Position numbers and translations under genes: made by a program. Under the pieces are notes generated by a model. That model saw only the letters and a program-made list of their open reading frames with translations, was not told where the DNA came from and ran no database searches. A stretch of DNA of 56,286 nt from Elusimicrobiota bacterium. GTDB lineage: Bacteria; Elusimicrobiota; Endomicrobiia; CG1-02-37-114; JAHJSO01. Of the stretch, positions 38,216 through 47,882 are shown in pieces (positions within the stretch are counted from its first letter, which is position 1; each line of letters starts with the position of its first letter). The stretch lies in contig JBDRQF010000054.1 of assembly GCA_043826435.1 (NCBI GenBank), positions 1-56,286 of the forward strand. Reading direction: 5' to 3'.

Positions 38216-39883
38216 ATGTCGGATGCCATTCGCAAGTCCATTTTAATGTTTCTTACCTGTTTCCTGCTCTCCCCGTGTTCTGCACAAACAGGAAAATCCG
38301 CCGAAATCAGGCAACCCGCGGTGAGCGGGCAGTTTTACCCGTCCGACGCCGGCGAGTTAAAACGCATTGTATCTTCCCTCTTGGACGACGTCCCGCCGTC
38401 AATAAACCAGAAAATCGACGGTAAAATTATCGGAATTATTGCACCCCATGCCGGATATGTGTTTTCGGGGCACGTGGCTGCATACGGGTTTAAAGCCGTT
38501 GAGGGAAAAAATTACGATACGGTGGTCATCATCGGGCAGAGCCACCATTCTTATCTGAATAAAGCGGCGATTTATTCAGGTGGCGGATTCAGGACACCGC
38601 TGGGCGATGTACATACAGACACAGAACTCATTGAACAGATTGTAAAGTTAGCCGGACCTGAACTTGTGGAAAAAAACGACGTCCCGCACGTCCCTGAACA
38701 CTCCCTTGAAGTTCTGATTCCTTTTCTACAGGTCATTATGCCCCCCGACTCTCCACACGGGGCAGTCCATTCCGAACGGGCTGCAGCGCGGACTACCACG
38801 GCGGCTGAAAATACTTATAAGTTTAGGATTGTGCCGATACTCGTCGGTCAGTTTTCAATTGACACATGCAAGCGGATTGCAGAAAAGATTGTTGAGACGG
38901 CTAAAACAACCCCGGGCAAAAAAATACTTTATGTGATTTCAACCGATATGTCGCACTATCCGGAATACTCAGAAGCGGTCCGGGCTGACACATCCGCATT
39001 GGAGGTACTTAAAAAATATGCCCCCAAACTCCTGGCGAAACACAATGAGAAACTTCTCTCTAAAGGGACCCGCAACCTCTCCTGCGTGTTGTGCGGCGAG
39101 CAGGCGGTGATTATCGGGATGTACGTAACAAAAATGCTCGGCGCTAACAAGGTTAATGTTCTGCAGTATGCCAATTCAGGGGACATTCCCCGCTATGGGG
39201 ACAAATCAAGAGTGGTTGGGTACTGTTCTGTTGCTTTTGTCCAAACAGGCAAGTCGGCATCTGCTGATGAGCATGTATCCCCTGAACATGGGGGCGTGAT
39301 AGACGCGCTGTTAAAAAAGAAAGGGGAAACGAAAATGTTTTCAGTCACTGATAAAAACCAGAAAGAACTCCTTGTCCTTGCACGGAAAACCATAATGGAG
39401 TTTCTAAAAACAAGGAAACCTCCTCATTACGAGACAACCGACGCTGAAATTACAAAACCGGCGGCTGTATTTGTAACCCTCAAAAAGAAGGGCCACCTGC
39501 GTGGCTGTATAGGGACAACCGTCCCTCAACTCCCCCTATATGAAACAGTCCAGCGAATGGCTGCCGCTTCCGCCTTTGAGGACCATAGATTTTCGCCTGT
39601 AAGCGAAAAGGAACTGGCCGACATAAAAATAGAAATTTCCGTGCTGTCTCCTATGACACGGGTCCAATCAGCGGAGGAAATAATTCCTCATAAACACGGC
39701 GTGGTGGTCCGCAGTGGCGGGCGCTCAGGACTGTTTCTGCCCCAGGTATGGGAGCACTTTTCAAATAAAGACGAATTTCTGGGTGAGTTGTGTTCTCAGA
39801 AGGCGGGATTAAAACCGGATGCATGGAAGGACGCAGACACGGAACTTTATGCGTTTACCGTGTTTGCATTTGAGGAGAAGTAA
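38216..39883 (+). CDS. amrB: AmmeMemoRadiSam protein B (MEMO) fused to protein A (AMMECR1), with N-terminal signal-like peptide
   Basis: R.PAVSGQFYP, PHAGY.FSG, EHSLEV, STDMSHY and VVGY; then FVTLKK.G.LRGCIG, IEISVLS and LFLPQVW. Confidence 0.9.
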   Translation: MSDAIRKSILMFLTCFLLSPCSAQTGKSAEIRQPAVSGQFYPSDAGELKRIVSSLLDDVPPSINQKIDGKIIGIIAPHAGYVFSGHVAAYGFKAVEGKNYDTVVIIGQSHHSYLNKAAIYSGGGFRTPLGDVHTDTELIEQIVKLAGPELVEKNDVPHVPEHSLEVLIPFLQVIMPPDSPHGAVHSERAAARTTTAAENTYKFRIVPILVGQFSIDTCKRIAEKIVETAKTTPGKKILYVISTDMSHYPEYSEAVRADTSALEVLKKYAPKLLAKHNEKLLSKGTRNLSCVLCGEQAVIIGMYVTKMLGANKVNVLQYANSGDIPRYGDKSRVVGYCSVAFVQTGKSASADEHVSPEHGGVIDALLKKKGETKMFSVTDKNQKELLVLARKTIMEFLKTRKPPHYETTDAEITKPAAVFVTLKKKGHLRGCIGTTVPQLPLYETVQRMAAASAFEDHRFSPVSEKELADIKIEISVLSPMTRVQSAEEIIPHKHGVVVRSGGRSGLFLPQVWEHFSNKDEFLGELCSQKAGLKPDAWKDADTELYAFTVFAFEEK

Positions 39884-40867
39884 CTAGGGCAAAATCAGTC
39901 CGGAAATAAGTCCTGACAGGACATAAAAACCCGAGTTGTGCCCCCACCCGCGGAACTGCTCAAAAATACTGCTGCCGGTGTCTTGCAAGCCGTCGCTATG
40001 CAAGCCAAGCAAACTGAAATTCCCCTCTGCCAGCTCCGCTGCCGGAAAGTTCAACAAATTAACCGCACGCTCGCTGAATCTTCCAGCAAGGGAGTAGTCA
40101 ATAAATGACTCTGAAATTGCGTTTGTTCTGTGTTTAACCTGCCGGACGGCATTGCTCAACTTATCCCACGCCGGCTTAAGTTTTTTCATCCCGCGTATCT
40201 TATATCTGTAATATATTGAATTCAGCAATCCGACCAGAAAATCATCTCCTGCTGGAGTCAGCCCATCCCCCAGTCCGATGATTTCTTCCGCCAGCGTGTA
40301 TAAGTCGTTTAACCCCCTTGCTTTTGCCTTTGACATAATGCCCCATGTGTCGTCAGTGGACCAGCAACTGCGGGACGAAAATAATTGTTTAACAGGGCGT
40401 GTAACCTTTTCCCGCTTAAACTTTTCCCGCCATGCATATCCCCCCGCAACAAACCTGACATCGCCAGTTGATATTTCAGGAAAGTTTATTTTAACCGTCT
40501 CTCCCGATGTAATACCGAACTCCGGAAAACCGTTCGTTGACGATATATCTACAAGGACTGCTCCCGGCTGGTTGTATTTAGAATTTATTATTGAAATCAT
40601 GCAGGATGGGCGTGGCGCTGAAACTTCGCCGGACGGGCGTGGCGCTGAAACTTCGCCGGACAGGCAGGGTGTTGAAACTTTCCAGGACGGGCGTGGTGTT
40701 GGAGGGGCCTCCGCCGGGCGGACACGCAGTTCGGCCGACCCATCACACAACTCAATGTTTATAGCGGATTTAAACACACTGTGGACCCTGCCGGTTTTTA
40801 CATTATTCAGGTATTCTTCAAGAAGGGAATCGTATGACTTTACAAAAATCTTTTTTTGCATCTTCAA
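39884..40867 (-). CDS. DUF2877 (AllH/YlbF-like) protein with repeat insertion
   Basis: VHSVF..AIN, IGLGDGLTPAGDDFLVG, T..IS and GHNSG motifs. Confidence 0.8.
   Translation of the reverse strand: MKMQKKIFVKSYDSLLEEYLNNVKTGRVHSVFKSAINIELCDGSAELRVRPAEAPPTPRPSWKVSTPCLSGEVSAPRPSGEVSAPRPSCMISIINSKYNQPGAVLVDISSTNGFPEFGITSGETVKINFPEISTGDVRFVAGGYAWREKFKREKVTRPVKQLFSSRSCWSTDDTWGIMSKAKARGLNDLYTLAEEIIGLGDGLTPAGDDFLVGLLNSIYYRYKIRGMKKLKPAWDKLSNAVRQVKHRTNAISESFIDYSLAGRFSERAVNLLNFPAAELAEGNFSLLGLHSDGLQDTGSSIFEQFRGWGHNSGFYVLSGLISGLILP
40604..40702. repeat. About 3.7 copies of a 27-bp in-frame tandem repeat
   Basis: Unit ggacgggcgtggcgctgaaacttcgcc at 40604, 40631, 40658 (diverged) and 40685 (partial); encodes GEVSAPRPS. 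Confidence 0.9.
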
Positions 40868-41615
40868 GAATTTTTTTGTGGGCGGGACACAGCCCCTGCC
40901 TGTTTTTTATCTGTGAGGCGATTAACTCTTCCTGCCAGTGGGCGTTGAACAAACGGCATTTTTTGTTCTCACAAAACGGCTCTCCCGTAACGGCGTAAAA
41001 AATCGCCTGAAGGACGAGACCTTTTGAACACTCCGTTATCGCCCTCTTATCCCCGTAGTCAATGAATCTCCCGGCAAACTCCGCCTTGAGTTCATGCTCC
41101 GGTATGCCCGCCTGTTTTTTTAAGTAGTATTCCCTCGGTTTTGCTGGCGCCTCAATTATGCCCGTGACTGAAATTATTGAGAGTGGAACTGAATGTATCG
41201 CCGTCCTGAGATGGTATCTTTTATCTGCTTCGTCATACGTCGCCATCAACTGGTTCGTAAAAAGTATAACTGCGTCCCCACGGCGGATTTTCATGCCCCC
41301 GCATACCGGCGCCATCGCCTCCAGGTATGAAAACCCGTCGTAGAGATTACCGAAGGACTTGTTCTTATCGTCCAGCAGGCGGTTCTTCTCAAACAAAATT
41401 TCTTTCTCTACGATTGACGGCGAAACGCCCGCACACATCTTTGAGCCGACAAATTTTTCAGCCAGCGAATCAACCGTTCTCTTACTCCCTAATGCCTTTA
41501 CCAGTAGGATCTTTTTGATTTTGAGGCAGGGGAAAAAACTTTGCGTGTACTTAAAAACTTCATCCGTGTCGGGCCCCATCCCGCGGGCATCGTCAATAAA
41601 AATTAACTCTTTCAT
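40818..41615 (-). CDS. Putative Zn-binding metallopeptidase-like protein (DUF6775-like)
   Basis: LYDGF, T.D..D.RYH.R, G..EAPAKP.EYY and FC..K.CRLFNAHWQEELI...LC..H. Start placed at the ATG overlapping the upstream TAA. Confidence 0.65.
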   Translation of the reverse strand: MKELIFIDDARGMGPDTDEVFKYTQSFFPCLKIKKILLVKALGSKRTVDSLAEKFVGSKMCAGVSPSIVEKEILFEKNRLLDDKNKSFGNLYDGFSYLEAMAPVCGGMKIRRGDAVILFTNQLMATYDEADKRYHLRTAIHSVPLSIISVTGIIEAPAKPREYYLKKQAGIPEHELKAEFAGRFIDYGDKRAITECSKGLVLQAIFYAVTGEPFCENKKCRLFNAHWQEELIASQIKNRQGLCPAHKKILEDAKKDFCKVIRFPS

Positions 41616-43000
41616 TATGTCTTGTAGATGGGCAACAAAATCACGGCGGCAGCAGCGATTATCATACTTATTATTCCGACTGTCAGTCCGACCCAGAACC
41701 ATTCAAGAAATCCTATTTTAATCTTCCTTTCCTTCTCAAGGATACCAATCGCTACTATGTTCGCCGTTGAACCGATCAGGGTTATATTCCCCCCGTAACA
41801 GGCGCCGAACAACAGCGCCCACCAGAGGGGCGTCATGTTAACGTGCAGTGTCTGTAAACTCTTTATCACGGGGATGTATGAAGCCACAACGACAACGTTG
41901 TCCAGCATACTTGAAATAATTCCTGAACTGAACAAAACAACGCCCGAAAGCAGCCCCGGCGAGTTCCCTATGTTTTTTACAATTTTCATCGCAAAAAAGT
42001 CAGCGATACCAATGTACCTGATTGTGCCTGCCATGGCGAACAGAAACATAAAAAATAACAGAGAATTCCATTCTATGTCCTTTTCTATGAAATGCCTTGC
42101 CTTGTCATGCCTGTAAATCATCGCCACACCGGCGAATATAAGCGGAGCCATCAACAGGAGGGTGTTTTCCTCAAGCCCGAACAGGGATTCTATTCTGTGG
42201 TGCAGGGCAATACAGAGAATCGCCGCGGCAAAAATACCCATGCCAACCTTTGTCCTGGCGTCAGGTGAAATTGACATGAGGTATAAGAATGTTTTGTCTT
42301 CGTTACACGTAGACAGTACTCTTGATACCTCTTTAATGTAATTCCTGTACCAGTAGAGTACTATTGCAATCGTGATTATCAGTATAACAATGGTCACGGG
42401 CATTGAGCGGGAAATAAAATCCTCAAATGTAAGATTCCCCCTGGCTGCAATCAGCACCCCTATGGGGTTGCCTATAACCGTCCCAGTCGAGCCGATATTC
42501 GTAGCCAGCACGCAGGATATAAGCAGCGGCACGGGGGTTATTTCAAGAAAATCTGAAATATCAAGCACAACTTTTGTCATTACGATAATGGAGGTGACCT
42601 CGTCCATAAGGCACGACAGGAAGGCGGATATTGCCATAAGGAGTATAAACAACTTTATTCCGGTTAGTTTTTTTATCCTGAGCGGCAGGGACGTAATCCA
42701 GAAGAAAAACCCCGCGTCTTTCAGCAGCCCCACCAGAATCATCATACCGATGAGAAAAAATATTACATCCAGTGAAGCGAACCGGAGGACATGCTCAATG
42801 TCCGTACTCCTTGTGAGAAGGAGTATGCCCGTGCCTATAAAAACAAAACTGACACGGAACTCCCAGAAAAACAGCGTGCTCAGGATAGACATTGAGAATA
42901 CGGCTATCGCTATTGCCTGGTGAATATCAAAACCCCACCAGGACCCCAGATAACCAATGAGGATGGAGACAAGGGCGAGTAAAAAAATTTTAAAACGCAT
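41615..43000 (-). CDS. ArsB/NhaD (IT superfamily) ion transporter
   Basis: About 12 TM segments; ATNIGS..T.IGNP, DNV, and GGN.T.IGSTAN. Confidence 0.88.
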   Translation of the reverse strand: MRFKIFLLALVSILIGYLGSWWGFDIHQAIAIAVFSMSILSTLFFWEFRVSFVFIGTGILLLTRSTDIEHVLRFASLDVIFFLIGMMILVGLLKDAGFFFWITSLPLRIKKLTGIKLFILLMAISAFLSCLMDEVTSIIVMTKVVLDISDFLEITPVPLLISCVLATNIGSTGTVIGNPIGVLIAARGNLTFEDFISRSMPVTIVILIITIAIVLYWYRNYIKEVSRVLSTCNEDKTFLYLMSISPDARTKVGMGIFAAAILCIALHHRIESLFGLEENTLLLMAPLIFAGVAMIYRHDKARHFIEKDIEWNSLLFFMFLFAMAGTIRYIGIADFFAMKIVKNIGNSPGLLSGVVLFSSGIISSMLDNVVVVASYIPVIKSLQTLHVNMTPLWWALLFGACYGGNITLIGSTANIVAIGILEKERKIKIGFLEWFWVGLTVGIISMIIAAAAVILLPIYKT

Positions 43001-43002
43001 TA

Positions 43003-43803
43003 TTAAATGATTTTGAGCACTTCTTCTGCGGCTTTTTTTCCGGAGAGCAGCATTGCCCCGAAGGTGGGCCCCATCCTCGGCAGGCCGAAGACCGTGCTGA
43101 CAGCCATCCCGCTGACGACAAGCCCGGGGTGCACCTCTCCCGTATATTCAACAACCATGTCCTCCGATTGCGCCACCCACATAGCGCCGAAGCCCTTCGT
43201 TTTGATGAGTCCTCTCTCTTCAAGTTTCTTAACGACGAACGCATCGTGGCCGGTGGCATCAATGACGACCTTCGTCTCAAGCGCTACGGGGTCAACGCAG
43301 GTAATTTGCCTGGGCAATGCGCCGACGGGCGTCCAGTTGACGACTGCGCCCGCAACCCTGTTGTTTTCTCTTAAAACGACGTCGTCAAAACTGGTCATAT
43401 TGGCGAACTTCGCGCCGGCGTCGCAGGCGGCCGCAATAAGTTTTGAACAGGCGTGAGGCCCGTCAGCCACGTAAAGCCCGGGAGAGACCTTCTTACACGG
43501 CACTCCCAGTTCCTCAAGTACCTCTTCACCGGGGCTCCTCACGGTAACCTTGTTCATCAAGTAACCGCCTATCCAGAAACCGCCGCCGAGATAATTGTTT
43601 CTCTCAACTATCAGCACCTTCAGTTTTTTTGAAGCAAGTTCCCTGCCTGCCATAAGGCCGGACGGCCCTGCCCCGATAATAAGACAGTCGCTTTCCACGT
43701 ATTCGCAGAATTCTTTTGCGAACTCGTTCACTATTGCCCGTGTAATCTGTTTTTCACCTACATCCGAAAAAATCTTTTTTGTTTTTCTTAAACCCTTTTT
43801 CAT
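43003..43803 (-). CDS. thi4: Thi4-type thiazole synthase
   Basis: [10 protein letters not shown]...GGG.W.GG, CVDP, DATGHD and [14 protein letters not shown]. Confidence 0.93.
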   Translation of the reverse strand: MKKGLRKTKKIFSDVGEKQITRAIVNEFAKEFCEYVESDCLIIGAGPSGLMAGRELASKKLKVLIVERNNYLGGGFWIGGYLMNKVTVRSPGEEVLEELGVPCKKVSPGLYVADGPHACSKLIAAACDAGAKFANMTSFDDVVLRENNRVAGAVVNWTPVGALPRQITCVDPVALETKVVIDATGHDAFVVKKLEERGLIKTKGFGAMWVAQSEDMVVEYTGEVHPGLVVSGMAVSTVFGLPRMGPTFGAMLLSGKKAAEEVLKII

Positions 43804-43908
43804 TGTATTGTTAAACCCCCTTTTTGAAATGTTTTGTAATCACCTGCGGCGTGCAATCTCACGGCGTCCATTCGTACATTCCGTGGCGTATCCTTGTCCC
43901 TTCCATTT

Positions 43909-45996
43909 TTATTTCAGAAAAGGCACCAACGAGATGAAAACGGTGTGGATATTTTCTATGGTCAGACCGAACAGGAGCGAAACCACCGTCATAAGTTTCA
44001 GCAATATGTTAATTGATGGTCCTGCAGTATCCTTGCACGGATCCCCGACGGTATCGCATATAACGGTCGCCTTGTGCACATCGGAGCCCTTCCCACCGAG
44101 GTTACCCTCCTCCACATACTTTTTGGCGTTGTCCCACGCGCCTCCTACATTTGCAAGATATATCGCCAGGGGCACCCCGGTCACCAGTGACCCCACAAGA
44201 AAACCGCCGAGTGTCTCTTTCCCGAACATTATCCCGACAAGCAGAGGCAGGACAACGGCGGAAATTCCCGGCACAACCATCTCCCTTAAAGCCCCCCTAG
44301 TGGTTATGTCAACGCATTTTGCGGAATCAGGCATAACCTTCCCTTCCATAAGTCCGGGTATTTCCCTCCACTGCCTGCGGACCTCCTCCACCACGCCGAA
44401 TGCAGCCCTGCCTACCGCACTCATCGTTAACGAACAGAAAACAAACGGAACGGCTGCTCCGATAAAAATGCCGGCTATCACCTTTGCATTCAGGATGTTC
44501 AGAAGACGCACCCCGTCAAGGAGGGGCAGCCCGACGGTTTCGGCATAAGCGACAAAAAGCGCCAGAGCAGTAAGCGCAGCCGAACCAATTGCAAACCCCT
44601 TGCCGATTGCGGCGGTCGTATTCCCGACGGCATCCAGCCGTTCTGCCCGTTTGCGGACATCCGCCCCCATGTGCGCCATTTCCGCTATGCCCGCTGCGTT
44701 GTCCGCTATGGGGCCGTAAGCGTCTATGGCTACCGTCGTGCCGGTGAGGGCAAGCATTCCTATTGCGGACAGCGCTATGCCAAAAATCCCGCTGAACCTA
44801 TACGCAACAACAGTCGCAACTCCTATCGCCACCAGTGGTATCGCGGTTGATTTCATCGCCTGCGCCATACCCTCAATAATGCAGGTAGCCGCCCCCGTCC
44901 GCGCCGCCTCCGCTATACCCCTGACTACTCTGCCTGAAGTGTAATACTGGGCGACAAGACCGACTATCATCCCGGCAATCAACCCTGAAAGTATTGACCA
45001 GAAAGCGTTTATGTTGCCGTACCACACCGTTGACAATAAAAATGCCCCCGCGACAAAAACAACTACCGAGGCGAGCATTCCCCTGTTTAGTATCGTCTGC
45101 GGGTCCTCGTCCGATTTTGTCCGGACAAAAAATATGCCTACTATTGAACTGACAATCCCCCATGCAGAAACCAGCAGAACAAGCATAATGCCGGGTAAAT
45201 CAATCACGGGGTTTGGCGCCGCCGCTATTACAAACCCTGAAATAATCGCACCCACATAGGACTCGTACAGGTCAGCGCCCATACCGGCAACGTCCCCCAC
45301 ATTGTCGCCGACGTTGTCCGCAATTACGGCAGGATTTCTCGGGTCGTCCTCGGGAATACCCGCTTCAACCTTGCCTACCAAATCAGCCCCAACGTCAGCC
45401 GCTTTCGTATATATCCCCCCGCCTACCCTCGCGAACAGGGCGACGGAAGAAGCCCCCATTGAGAAGCCCACTACGAGTTTGACCGCCTCAACAATCCGGT
45501 TCAGGAGCACCGGGTGGCGGGCTCCTGCCATGAAAATAAAGACGGCAAACACAATGCACAAACCCAGAAGCCCTAACGAAGCGACTGAAATCCCCATAAC
45601 CGCACCGCCCGGGAATGCAACACCCAGCGCATCGTTAAACGATTTTGACGCCTGCTGGGCCGTCCTGGCGTTTGACTTCGTTGCAATCGTCATCCCTATG
45701 TAGCCCGCTGCAACGGAACAGGCCGCCCCGGCGACAAAAGCCACTGCCGTCTTGCGCGCGATGGCAAAAAATATTATAATGCCGAGGATAAAAACGAAGT
45801 ATGCGATAGCCGTGTATTCCCGTCGGAGAAATGCCATGGCGCCCTCGTGTATTGAATCCGATATCTCTTTCATCCTGTCCGTGCCTGCGTTCATTGAAAG
45901 GATTTTCCGCGCCAGGTACCACACGAATAAAAGACCTGCAACCCCCGCTCCCATGGCGACAAAAACAGAAGTTATTTCACCGAAAATTTCAATCAT
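43909..45996 (-). CDS. hppA: Membrane-integral pyrophosphatase, K+-dependent type (likely Na+-pumping)
   Basis: GGGIYTKAADVGADLVGKVEAGIPEDDPRN and DNVGDNVGD. GNTTAA (Ala rather than Lys) indicates K+ dependence. Start set at MIEIF after AGGAGG; the ORF extends to 46020. Confidence 0.95.
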   Translation of the reverse strand: MIEIFGEITSVFVAMGAGVAGLLFVWYLARKILSMNAGTDRMKEISDSIHEGAMAFLRREYTAIAYFVFILGIIIFFAIARKTAVAFVAGAACSVAAGYIGMTIATKSNARTAQQASKSFNDALGVAFPGGAVMGISVASLGLLGLCIVFAVFIFMAGARHPVLLNRIVEAVKLVVGFSMGASSVALFARVGGGIYTKAADVGADLVGKVEAGIPEDDPRNPAVIADNVGDNVGDVAGMGADLYESYVGAIISGFVIAAAPNPVIDLPGIMLVLLVSAWGIVSSIVGIFFVRTKSDEDPQTILNRGMLASVVVFVAGAFLLSTVWYGNINAFWSILSGLIAGMIVGLVAQYYTSGRVVRGIAEAARTGAATCIIEGMAQAMKSTAIPLVAIGVATVVAYRFSGIFGIALSAIGMLALTGTTVAIDAYGPIADNAAGIAEMAHMGADVRKRAERLDAVGNTTAAIGKGFAIGSAALTALALFVAYAETVGLPLLDGVRLLNILNAKVIAGIFIGAAVPFVFCSLTMSAVGRAAFGVVEEVRRQWREIPGLMEGKVMPDSAKCVDITTRGALREMVVPGISAVVLPLLVGIMFGKETLGGFLVGSLVTGVPLAIYLANVGGAWDNAKKYVEEGNLGGKGSDVHKATVICDTVGDPCKDTAGPSINILLKLMTVVSLLFGLTIENIHTVFISLVPFLK

Positions 45997-46033
45997 TTCA
46001 ATTGCCCTCCTGCCATACATTTATCCCGCACTT

Positions 46034-46942
46034 TTATGCAAGTTCAAGCATCCTGTTGACCGACCGCAGGGCGGCCTTCCTTATGTTCTCTGGCACACTG
46101 ACCTCGGGTTTCATGTCCTCAAGCGACCACAGGACTTTCTCAAGCGTAATGCTCTTCATATTCGGGCAGACCGCATGCGGGCTCGCCGGGAAAAACTCCT
46201 TGCCCGGGTTTTCCTTTTTGAGACGGTGGATAAGCCCGGTCTCCGTCCCGATGATAAACTCCCGCCCGTCCGCCTCTTTTACGTAACGGACCATGCCGCT
46301 GGTTGATATGACTGCGTCCGCCATGTCAATTACGTCCGACCTGCACTCCGGATGCACCATAACTCTGGCCCCGGGGTGGGCTTTCTTCGCCGCAGACACG
46401 TCTTCCGGAAGAATCTTTACGTGCGTCGGGCAGTAGCCCTCCCAGTGGATAATCCTTTTGCCCGTCTGCTTCCGGACGTAGTCGGCAAGATACTTGTCCG
46501 GCACAAAAATTATTTCATCATCTTTTATTGAATTTATAACCTTAATTGCGTTTGCCGAGGTGCAGGCGACGTCCGTCTCCGCTTTTACCTCTGCGGAAGT
46601 ATTCACGTAAGATACGACGGGCCTTCCCGGATATTTTTCCTTTAACTTCCTCACGTCCGACGGGGTAATCATGTTTGCCAGCGGGCAACCGGCGTTTATG
46701 TCGGGCAGGAGAACCTTTTTATCGGGACAGATGATGGATGCGGTCTCAGCCATAAAATGCACTCCGCAAAAAACGACCACCTCTGCGTCCGTCTTTGCGG
46801 CCATACGGCTGAGTTCAAGCGAATCCCCGAGGTAGTCGGCTATGTCTTGTATTTCAGGCAACTGGTAGTTGTGGGCGAGTATAACCGCTTTCCTTTGCTT
46901 TTTAAGTTCCGCTATCTTCTCCGGCATTTCGGCGTCTTTCAT
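46034..46942 (-). CDS. nadA: Quinolinate synthase
   Basis: [37 protein letters not shown] and CPNM. Confidence 0.96.
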   Translation of the reverse strand: MKDAEMPEKIAELKKQRKAVILAHNYQLPEIQDIADYLGDSLELSRMAAKTDAEVVVFCGVHFMAETASIICPDKKVLLPDINAGCPLANMITPSDVRKLKEKYPGRPVVSYVNTSAEVKAETDVACTSANAIKVINSIKDDEIIFVPDKYLADYVRKQTGKRIIHWEGYCPTHVKILPEDVSAAKKAHPGARVMVHPECRSDVIDMADAVISTSGMVRYVKEADGREFIIGTETGLIHRLKKENPGKEFFPASPHAVCPNMKSITLEKVLWSLEDMKPEVSVPENIRKAALRSVNRMLELA

Positions 46943-47658
46943 TTTTCAAATTCCTTTTCTATTTCCTTTTTCTTTTTCTCAAGGTAGTCGTCTATTTTGG
47001 CGGTTATGCCCTCAAGCGATTCCAGTTTTTTCAGGCGGGACTCAAACTCCCCTATCTCCTTAAACATAAAATTGAACCCCTCGGCGATCGGGTCGGGGAG
47101 TTTACCGTGTTCAAGCTGGCTCAACTCCTCGGGAGAGAAACCAAGCCCCACCCTGCCCGGCACACCGATAACCGTGGCATTTTCAGGCACGTCTTTTACA
47201 ACGACTGAACCTGCGCCTATGCGGGCGTTGTCGCCCACATGCACCGGCCCGAGGACTATCGCCCCTGCGCCTACGACCACGTTCTTCCCCAGTGTCGGGT
47301 GCCTTTTTTCCTTTTTGGGAGAAGTCCCTCCGAGTATAGAGCCCTGGTACATAAGGCAGTTGTCGCCTATCTCGCTTGTCTCTCCGATAACAACGCCCAT
47401 CCCGTGGTCAATAAAAAAGTTCCTGCCGATTTTCGCCCCGGGATGGATTTCTATCCCGGTAACGTGACGGCCGACGTGAGAGATTATCCTGGCTATCGTG
47501 TAGAATCCCTGCCCGTAAAACCAACGGGCGATGCGGTGCATCCACAGGGCATGCAGCCCCGGATAGCAGGTAATGACCTCCAGCAGGTTCTTCGCTGCAG
47601 GGTCCTTTTCAAAAACTGTCCGGATGTCTTCTCTTATTCTTTTAAGCATAAGCGTCAT
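46939..47658 (-). CDS. cysE: Serine O-acetyltransferase
   Basis: DPAA...[31 protein letters not shown] and KRHPT; start set at MTLML. Confidence 0.94.
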   Translation of the reverse strand: MTLMLKRIREDIRTVFEKDPAAKNLLEVITCYPGLHALWMHRIARWFYGQGFYTIARIISHVGRHVTGIEIHPGAKIGRNFFIDHGMGVVIGETSEIGDNCLMYQGSILGGTSPKKEKRHPTLGKNVVVGAGAIVLGPVHVGDNARIGAGSVVVKDVPENATVIGVPGRVGLGFSPEELSQLEHGKLPDPIAEGFNFMFKEIGEFESRLKKLESLEGITAKIDDYLEKKKKEIEKEFEK

Positions 47659-47755
47659 TTTTATTATACCTATTTTAAAAAAAAATTGCAAGTGCCCGTC
47701 GTTTTACCGCCCACCGTTTTACCGTGTTCATCACCCTTGGCATCATCCTTGGCAG

Positions 47756-47785
47756 TTGACTTTTTTTCAGAAAAACTGATATAAT
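47756..47785 (+). promoter_or_regulatory. Putative sucCD promoter
   Basis: TTGACT-18 bp-TATAAT with an extended -10 (TGa). Confidence 0.55.
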
Positions 47786-47882
47786 AGGCGAGCCGATAAA
47801 AGGCGCCACCTCTAAAAGACGCTACCTCTTTTTTGGATAGCGTCTCGCGTCTATGCGGTACCGGGCGCCGGTTTAAATAATT

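Noticed and set aside
40604..40702. CRISPR array
   Set aside because: The units are contiguous with no spacers and lie in frame within a CDS.
43804..43908. TPP riboswitch upstream of thi4
   Set aside because: No CTGAGA or ACCTG...GxAGGGA core is found on the minus strand.
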